A DNA stretch of 64,000 bases from Candidatus Omnitrophota bacterium (lineage in GTDB: Bacteria; Omnitrophota; Gorgyraeia; Zapsychrales; Zapsychraceae): NCBI GenBank assembly GCA_015233405.1, contig JADFXT010000001.1, positions 233,386 through 297,385 on the forward strand, given 5' to 3'. Shown here piece after piece: positions 39,393 through 48,300 of the stretch; positions within the stretch are counted from its first letter, which is position 1; every line of letters begins with the position of its first letter. Made by a program: the position numbers and the translations under genes. The notes under the pieces are model-generated. The model did not search any database and was not told the origin of the DNA. It saw nothing but the letters and a program-made list of their open reading frames with translations.

Positions 39393-41294
39393 ATGTTAAA
39401 TCAGCAGCATTATAAAACTATTTTCTGGCTTATTATTGTCATCAGCACATTTCTTGTTTATTCTTCGTCGCTGGGAAATAAGTTTACGAATTGGGATGAT
39501 GAGAAATTCCTGACGGATAATAACTTGGTCCGGTCGTTAAGTCTTGCTAATATTGAGAAAATTTGGACAACGCCCGTCCAGCATGTATATGTGCCGCTCA
39601 GTATTTTATCTGCGGCCGTCGAATATCATTTTGCCGGGCTTAATCCATTTGTATATCATCTGGACAATCTTTTGCTTCATCTGGCAGTGACGAGCTTGGT
39701 GTTCTTTTTTGTTTTGCGTTTGGGGCTATCTTTACCGGCCGCCGGGTTTGCGGCGCTTTTGTTTGGGCTTCATCCGATGCACGTCGAGTCGGTGGCTTGG
39801 GTGACGGAGCGAAAGGATGTGCTTTATGCGTTGTTTTATATGCTGGCGTTGTCGTCATATGTAAAATATCTCGACCAGAAGAATAGGAAAGACTATTTTT
39901 TTAGCATTTTATTTGGGATCTTAAGCATTCTTTCAAAGCCCATGGCCTTAAGCCTTCCGCTGGTTTTATTTCTTCTCGACTGGTTTAAGAAAAGAAAGGT
40001 GTGCCGGGATTCTTTCTTAGATAAACTTCCGCATGTTGCTTATATCATCCCCATCACGTGGATAACCTATGCGCTTCATACGCGCGTTCCGGGCAAAGCC
40101 TTGGGGCAGGGAATTCTTATCTGGAGCTGGACGCTGATTTTTTATTTTAAGAAATTCTTTTTCCCGTCGCAGTTGATTCCTGTTTATGCTTTGCCGCAAC
40201 CGGTGGCGCTAACCAATCCGGAATATCTCTTTGCCGCCGGACTTCTCATCGTGCTGGTCGGCTCTATCATGATCTTTCGCAAGAACCGCTGGTTTCTTTT
40301 TGGCTTGGCGTATTTTTTTGTGTCGATCTTTTTCCTTTTGCGATTTGATTCTAGCGTCGATAAGAATATCGTCGCGGACCGGTTTATCTATCTGCCGAGC
40401 TTAGGTTTTTGTGTTTTCTTAGGATATGCCGCCCAGGAATCTTTCCGGTTTTTAAGGGTGAAAAATGTTAAAGCCGCGCAAGTGTTTAGCACCGTTCTCG
40501 TCGGTATTCTGTGTATGTTGGGTGCAAAAACAGTTTTTCAGGTGAATGTTTGGAAAGATAGCCTCGCCTTGTGGAATCATGAGCTTCGTTATTCGCCTTT
40601 GGAATATATGGCCTACGCTAACCGGGGAGAGTTCTTCGTCCATCAAAAAAAGTTTGATTTGGCGCTTAAGGATTATAACGAGGCCCTTCGGATCAAGCCG
40701 GATTATACCAAGGCGCTTAATAATCGAGGGATGTTATATAAAACATTTGGCAAGAACGGCCTTGCCGAGGAGGATTTTAAACGCGCTATTTTTGCGGAAA
40801 CCAAAAGCCCTTCCGGTACGGCGGATGTTCTTGCCCGGGCGTATAATAATTTGGGGTTGATTTATTTCGAGGAACAGAAATTGGACGTGGCGCTTCAGTG
40901 TTTTAATGAATCTTTAAAATTAGACACAACCATTGAACAGACCTATAACAACCGTGCGCTGGTCTATGACGCGCAAGGAAAGCCGGACTTGGCGTTCGCG
41001 GATTATAATAAAGCCATTATGGTCAATCCAAAATTCGCAGAAGGGTATAATAACCGGGCGATCTTTTATAAAAATAAAAATGAGTTTACAAAGGCCTTGA
41101 ATGATTTTAATATAGCCATCTATTTGAATCCGACTTCAGCGGATTTTTATTATAACCGCGGGAATTTTTTCAGAATTATGAACCGTCAGGATTTGGCGTT
41201 AAAAGATTATGACAAGGCTTTGGAGCTTAATCCTCGTCATAAATTAGCAGCACAGAACCGGCAGGTTGTCACAGGAGGGACTCAAACCCCATGA
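39393..41294 (+). CDS. TMTC/PMT-like GT-C membrane protein with TPR array (paralog 3)
   Basis: YSSSLGNKFTNWDD first-loop motif, polytopic domain, C-terminal TPRs. Confidence 0.7.
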   Translation: MLNQQHYKTIFWLIIVISTFLVYSSSLGNKFTNWDDEKFLTDNNLVRSLSLANIEKIWTTPVQHVYVPLSILSAAVEYHFAGLNPFVYHLDNLLLHLAVTSLVFFFVLRLGLSLPAAGFAALLFGLHPMHVESVAWVTERKDVLYALFYMLALSSYVKYLDQKNRKDYFFSILFGILSILSKPMALSLPLVLFLLDWFKKRKVCRDSFLDKLPHVAYIIPITWITYALHTRVPGKALGQGILIWSWTLIFYFKKFFFPSQLIPVYALPQPVALTNPEYLFAAGLLIVLVGSIMIFRKNRWFLFGLAYFFVSIFFLLRFDSSVDKNIVADRFIYLPSLGFCVFLGYAAQESFRFLRVKNVKAAQVFSTVLVGILCMLGAKTVFQVNVWKDSLALWNHELRYSPLEYMAYANRGEFFVHQKKFDLALKDYNEALRIKPDYTKALNNRGMLYKTFGKNGLAEEDFKRAIFAETKSPSGTADVLARAYNNLGLIYFEEQKLDVALQCFNESLKLDTTIEQTYNNRALVYDAQGKPDLAFADYNKAIMVNPKFAEGYNNRAIFYKNKNEFTKALNDFNIAIYLNPTSADFYYNRGNFFRIMNRQDLALKDYDKALELNPRHKLAAQNRQVVTGGTQTP

Positions 41295-42001
41295 ACGATG
41301 AGATGAATGAAAAGCCGCCGCTAGGCTTGGGCGAGGTTTTTAAAACTTCATTTAATGTTTATAAAGAACATTTTCAAAGTTTTGTTTCTTTGAGCTTGAT
41401 TTATGCCCTTTTAACGCTTCTCATCAGGATCGCCATTAAGAAAATTTTAGGCGAGGCGGAAGCGGAATCGTTTCGGGCTTTGGGGATTATCGTCATGTTA
41501 AGCACGCTGGTCCTTTGCCGCATGGGTTGTGTGATGATTGATATGGCTTCTAAAAATTATCGTAAGGAGCCGCTTGATATCCGTAAGTCATTTCTCGAGA
41601 CCAAAGATAGGTATGTGACATATCTTTTGGTTTATATCGGCGTTTTCTTTATGATGGCGGCCGGTCTTCTTTTCTTCGTCCTACCGGGATTATATTTCGG
41701 TGCGATCTTTTTCTTCGCCGATACGCTCGTTATCCTTGAGAAAAAAAGTTTCGGCGAAGCTTTTAGGCGAAGCCGGGAACTGGTGAGAAAACAGTTTGGC
41801 ATGGTATTTTTATTTTTCTTGACCATTATATTGGTTTCTTTATTCCCGGTCATTTGTCTTCAGATCGTTGGAGTTCAATACATTAATCTTATAAAAAGTC
41901 TCAGTGAGGTTTTTTCCACGCTTTTTATCCCTTTCTATATGATCGCGCAAGTCCAACTCTACCATGGACTTATCGAGAACGAATCCGGCGATTTTATCTA
42001 A
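41291..42001 (+). CDS. Polytopic membrane protein, unknown function
   Basis: 236 aa, about 5-6 hydrophobic helices; ATGA overlap with the upstream TMTC-like gene indicates translational coupling. Confidence 0.55.
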   Translation: MNDEMNEKPPLGLGEVFKTSFNVYKEHFQSFVSLSLIYALLTLLIRIAIKKILGEAEAESFRALGIIVMLSTLVLCRMGCVMIDMASKNYRKEPLDIRKSFLETKDRYVTYLLVYIGVFFMMAAGLLFFVLPGLYFGAIFFFADTLVILEKKSFGEAFRRSRELVRKQFGMVFLFFLTIILVSLFPVICLQIVGVQYINLIKSLSEVFSTLFIPFYMIAQVQLYHGLIENESGDFI

Positions 42002-42104
42002 GAATCCTCGCTAAAAAATTTCTCGCCTGGTGCCCTTGTTTTTTCCAAATTATATGCTATCTTTTCTCTAATCTTTGTATATACCCCTTTTGGGGCATTA
42101 TAAG

Positions 42105-42211
42105 ATTATCCAGCCACGACCGAGGGCGTAATGCCCGAGGAAGTAGTTGAGCACGACCGAAGACGAAATGTCTGAGGGAGTGGTTGAGCATCAGCGAAAC
42201 CATCAGCGAAA
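42105..42211 (+). repeat. 37-nt hairpin-repeat family: two tandem units plus tail, upstream of giant ORF2
   Basis: Units 42115-42151 and 42152-42188 (CACGACCGA-stem-loop-stem-GAGGRAGTRGTTGAG); tail CATCAGCGAAAC x2; same family as 57436-57686. Confidence 0.8.
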
Positions 42212-42301
42212 TTAAAAAAATAAAGTTTTTAAACATTACGAGCATCCAACTTTTGATTCTTCTTTCTTTTTAAGCTCAAAAAATTAAGGAGTTAATTTCT
42301 A

Positions 42302-45300
42302 ATGGAATTTGTTCTACCCAAAAGACAAAAGAATATGTTCATTAAGATCGTGTCGACAATTCTCTCGATCACGTTCATTTCCACAACGGCCGTACCGCCG
42401 AGCTATGCACAAGTTATGAACTTGCCGCAGCCGGGCAGCATGGTGGGCCTCACGCCAGCATTTATGCCTACGCTGATCAAGGGGCTAAAAGTCCATCCGG
42501 AGAATCCGCTTTTATTCGATTTTATCCTCGATACTGGAAAATCTGGCATTGCGGTCAATACTCCTGAATTTAAAGCCGAATCCGAAAAACTCATCAAATA
42601 TTTCCTAGCGTCCATGACGATCAAAGAATCCGACCTTTGGGTTAACTTATCTCCGTACGAAAAGAACAGAATTGCAACTGATGAATTAGGTAAAACAGAG
42701 CTTGGCCGTGACATGCTCGCGCAAGATTATATTCTCAAACAGCTCACGGCCTCGCTTATGTATCCAGAAAAGGAAATCGGGAAAGATTTTTGGAATAAAG
42801 TTTACGCTGAAGCGAAACAGAAATTTGGAACTACTGATATTCCTACGGACACGTTTAATAAAGTCTGGATCGTCGCTGATAAGGCAACGGTATTTGAGCG
42901 GGAAGTCGCTGTCCCGACGCCAGGAGGGTCGGGACTCCGGGCTCTCAAGGAGCCCGTCGCGTACGTCGTCGGAGCTCATTTAAAAGTAATGTTGGAAGAG
43001 GATTATGTGGCAGCCAGTAAAGCTTCTTCCGGTCATTCCACAATCTCCCCATTGTCATCCCCGCAATCTTTAAGCGGGGATCCAGCAGTGGATTCCCGCC
43101 TTCGCGGGAATGACAGAATTTCTTCTGTTATCCGTCAAATCATCCTCCCGGCAATCGAAAAAGAAGTCAACGAAGGAAAGAACTTCGCGACGTTAAGACA
43201 GATGTTCTATTCGATGATTCTAGCTACTTGGTATAAACAAGCCTTGAAAGATGCACTTTTAAATCAGGTCTACAGCGATAAAGCCAAAATTGGCGGAGTT
43301 ACAAATAACGACCCAGCTATTAAAGAGAAGATTTACGCCCAGTATTTGGAAGCATTCAAGAAAGGTGCTTACAACTATATTAAGGAAGAATATGATCCCG
43401 CGACGCAGCAGGTAACTCCTAAGAAATATTTCTCCGGCGGTCTTGAAATTGGCGTCGGAAAAGTCCTTGCCCGTCAAGCTATTCAAACTCCGGAAACTGA
43501 TAGCGCTATGGCTCCCAACGGCGACATGGCCATGGTTTCGACGAGATTAGCAACGACCTTGGCGGCCATTGGCCTTGGGGCAACTCTTTTAGTTGGCGGT
43601 TTTTATTATCACGGCGCTACTCAAAGCCAGATTTGGGAAAAATCCAAGAGCAAAGCAGACATTGTTTCTATCGAAAAATATCATCAGCAAAGAGACCGTA
43701 TGGGTTTAAAGGTCATATCGAAAAAGGCTGAGGCGCGTTATCAAAAGATCATACGCGAGATTCAAAGAGCAAGAGAACAAAAGGCCAAAACTGTCGGAAA
43801 TGAAACCAATGACAAGATCGCCTTGGCAGAGAAATATTCTGTCTTTGATCAATTTACTGAAACTTATGCCGATCTTGCGGAGAATGATGTGGATGATAAT
43901 CCGGCGCAACGTATGGGTGGAAATGTGCCGTCGGCTTGGAAAACCCGTCTGGGTTCTCAGGAGCGGGACGCGGTCGAGACGGGAAGAGAAGGAATATTAG
44001 CGTTGACGTTAAATAATCTATCGAATGAAATTGGGATACAGCTGCGTTTAATTAATGTTGAGAAAAAACATATTAATCAATTTAAAAAAGTGGCGCCGAC
44101 TTTCTTTAAAGGAGAAATGGGCACGGATATTGGGAAGGTTGATTCATCGCTTACGAATTATTTCGTCAATGAAAACACTACAGAAACCCAAATGCTCAAT
44201 GATTACACCTTTCGCCAGCGTGATCGCGTCAATAAGATGCTTTATAAAACAAACGCCTCTTATCATTGGCATTCAGATCATTTTAGCGGCCTGTCAAATT
44301 TTCATCAGAAAAAATTATCTCCGGCCATCCAGAGCGCGGATAAAATTGTAAAGTATATTAAATCCATGCAGAGCAATAAAAGTTTGGAAACGATGAATCT
44401 GGGATTAGCAACCATGCACATGGCTGATGTTGAAATGGAGACGGACCAGGACGGGCATATGACAACGAAAATTGTGAATAATAGCGGGCCTTATCTGGCC
44501 TTAGCAGCTACATTTGCCGCCGCGGCCTCCGTTGATGCTCATAATGCAAATAAAGAAGCTGCAAGATTAAAGAATTTGCTTCCATTGTTCATGAATGACC
44601 CGCTGTTTCAGCAAGAGAATTTGCAAGGACCATTTGCCAATTTAAACTGGAAGGACCAAGCCTCGGGAATCTTGCATCCCATTTTGGATTTCGTTTTGCC
44701 GCCGACCTTTAGTTTGATAGGAAATATATTTAGTGATAATGGAAGCACCGGACTTCAAACTATTGAACCGGTTCGCCAAGCGCTTCATACTTCCGAAGCG
44801 TCAATCACCCCGCGGATTAATGTGGAACATAAATGGATAGATGGTCAGATTGACACGGAAATATCCCGTCAGATAGAGGAAGAAAAAGCCGTTTCTTTAT
44901 TCGGTAATGACTACGCCATGACGACAAGTGATTTAGAAACGTTTGTTGGTACCGTTAATAATCTTCCGGACTCTGTCAAGCAGAAAATAGGCACGAATAT
45001 AAATATTTTTCTTAAAGGCAAATCCGGAGTGAGAACGGATAAAGCCATGATGAGTGCTATTAAGGAAACGATCGATGACCTTCAAAAGAGGCTCCCTTCT
45101 GAGGAACAATTAAATATCCTTGTTCAACAGCACCAAATTACTGAAAGCCAGAGAGCAGATTATAAGAAGTTAATACAATTGATTGAACAGCTTTCTAAGG
45201 TAGACGAGGAAAAAATTTGGGAATCGATAGAATCCAAGGGATATACACGCGCTGATTTTGAGGCCCTTGTTAAAGATTTAGGTTCCGTGATTGCAAATTA

Positions 45301-48300
45301 TGAACCGAAGGGATTAGGTATAAAAGACATTCGCAAGTACAAAACACAATTGAGCAACAACATGTTATTCAGCCTTACCGTGATTTTAATCATGTATGTG
45401 TCTTTGGTGTCTCCTGCCATTCAGTATGATTTTAAGGGCTTTTGGATGATATCCGGAAGTTTAGGTTTGGTTGTGACCTTAATAAACGCCGGTTTAGTAA
45501 TAAAAAATGTGAGGAAATGGTTTTTCATCGACAAGCTTTCTTCCGACGACCAAGCCATGACAACGGTATTATCTCCTGACATGGATTTTACGACGGCGCG
45601 GCAGGAATTTTTTACAGCCTTAGAAAAGAAATTTGTTCCGGAATTAAATCGGAAAGCGGCGTATGAGTTGCTGACGGATTTGCGTAGCTATCTTTTGGAG
45701 CATCAGGCTTCGCCAAGTTTAATTCCGTTGATGGACGGCATTCATGCTGATTTGACCAAAAGATACACGGACATTAATGAGGGCCGCTTTGGAAAATTTG
45801 ACACGGATATTCAGCACACAAAAAGCGCAGATATGGTCATGCAGATGGTCGGGGAACTCATAGGGATGCAAGTTGTCCTGGCTCATAATAGAGAACGCTT
45901 AAGCTCTAACCGTGGTCTCGCCGAGCAAATCGGACAGGAACTTATTAAAGAGCTTCCCGCCGAGAATCCGCTTAAAAGTGCTATTGATAACAAAGAATTT
46001 ACCGAAGAAGAGGCAGTAAGCGCGCTACGAGATGTGTTCATAAGCCGGGCGCGTTTGGTTGATCAAACAGCGTCTATCAAAGAGTTACCGGCATCTGTCC
46101 AAGCGCTTGCGTGGCTTAAGAATCCGGATTCTCGTCCAGATACCATTCGTTTGAATACTTTAAAAGGGAAAACCATTTTGGTTACTGGCGGATCTGGTTA
46201 TGTCTCTGCGGGCGTTATCCATGATATTTTAGCGCAAGGCGCGAAAGCGATCATTTATGACAACTCTATCCGCGACCGTGAAGAAATGGGAAAACTCCCG
46301 GGAGTGACTGTTATCGACGGAGGAATTGACAATCAGGCGAAAATGGAACAGATCATGCGCGACAATAAAGTCGACGCGGTCGTCCATTTAGGCGGATATA
46401 TCGCTGCGGGTGAATCCATGAAATTCCCGGCAAAATATTTCAACAATAACATTCGAAATACCGTCACATTACTGGCGGCCATGAGCAATACGAACGTCAA
46501 GAATTTGGTGTTCGCATCCAGCGCCGGAGTTTATAGCGGAAAAGAATTTAACAAAGACGGGGTTTTGGACGAGACCATGAGACCCGACCCCCAGAACGCT
46601 TATGGGACGACGAAGTATGGGATGGAAATGATGATGAGGGAATATAGCGAGAAGTTAGGAATTAAAATGGTGGCCTTACGATTCTTTAATGTGGCCGGCG
46701 CGTTTAAATGGGGCAATACCTGGTATGGGGAAAATCACGAAGGCCCGGAAACGCATCTGATCCCGCGCGTCATGAAGGCGTTTTTGTATCCGGATAAAAT
46801 TCAGTTTAAGATCTTTGGAACGGATTATGATACTGTCGACGGGACCGCAGTCCGCGATTATATTCAAGTCCAGGATCTGGCTGACGCCCATATGCGGGCC
46901 TTGGCGCATTTATTCGACAACGGAACAAATAAAATTTTAAATCTTGGAACAGGCGAAGGCTATTCGGTCAAGGAAGTTGTAACGCAAATACAGGCCTTGA
47001 TCAAGAAGGAAACCGGCAAGGACTTTCAGGTCGGGGTCGCTGGCCGACGGGCAGGTGACCCGGCGGAGCTGAAGGCGAGCGGCAAAAAGGCTTTTGGTGA
47101 GTTGCATTGGAAGGCCGCGCATGGTTTGGAATCCACTATCGCAAGCGCATGGGCTTTTCATATTCAGGAAAAGGCCTTGGGGCGTCTGAACCATGATGCT
47201 CTGGCGCCGGAAAGCAAACTGCCGCAGAGTGAAGTGGAATTTATGGACGGGTTCCTTAAGGAGCTTTCTTCTAATACTGTTATTTCTTCCGATATCAAAT
47301 TGGAATTTTTCTTCCGTCTGTTCGCCTATTCGCTGAACGCGGAATTTAAAGGCGGCGAAAGAAAGTATATTTCCGACGAAGACGCTATTTATCAGCGTGC
47401 TGGCGAAATTCAATCGGATAAAAGAGGCGTTGTGCCAACGCTCGCGGTGGACCAGGATTTTCGTAATCAGCTTGCGGCGTATCAAGAGAAGATCAAAAGT
47501 GAACAATCCCCAATTTATCAACAGCGCTCGGCATATCTCTCGACGATCTTTGAGCTGTTAAAGAATACAGACAAGGCGATGGCGACAGCACAAACCAAAG
47601 ATGTTTCAGATGCCACAATCGAAACAGCAGTGGAAACCATAAAAAAAGATTTCTTTGCTAAGGCCAATCTGACGCCGAAGGAAAAAGATTTCTTTAAAAT
47701 ATATTTTATATCCGAATTTACAACAGCGCTCAAAGTTGCCGTTAAAAAGGGGATCTTTACTAGCAATTTTGTCAATGTCTCCGTAGGAAAATATTATACC
47801 GCCGATTTAAGTTATGCGGACGCTGCAAAAATCATAGCCATTAAATTGCGCGAAGGCTTTGGCGAACATAATATCAACAAAGAAATTTTTGTTTCGACCT
47901 ATCAGCTTTTGTCTGATATTGACAAAGCTATGACGACGGGTATGTCGGACGAGATGAAGAAACAGGTGGATGCCTTAGATGACCCAAGGGCCAAGAAAGC
48001 TTTAACGCTAGTGTTTACCAACGCCATAGAATGGGCAGATGCTTTTAAAAGACATGCTTTGACAGAAATGAGAAATCGGAAGATTAACCTTGAATGGGTT
48101 TATGGTCCTTATGTCAATTATGTAAATTTAGTCCAGACTCCGCTGTCGATCAGCGAGATCGAGGACATGGCAACGAATTATGTCTATAGAAAAGACAAGG
48201 CGATGATGTCCGATGATGATCCGTGGTATTACGGACCGGAAGCGGATTCTTCTAACTATCTTTCCAATGACGAGTTTTATGGAGATAAACCTCCAGACAC

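Noticed and set aside
46937-47521. 194-aa minus-strand ORF, plus many 60-110-aa antisense or alternate-frame ORFs inside the two giant ORFs
   Set aside because: All are embedded in sense-strand regions with clear enzyme motifs (GalE, USP, mutase). None has motifs or translation signals.
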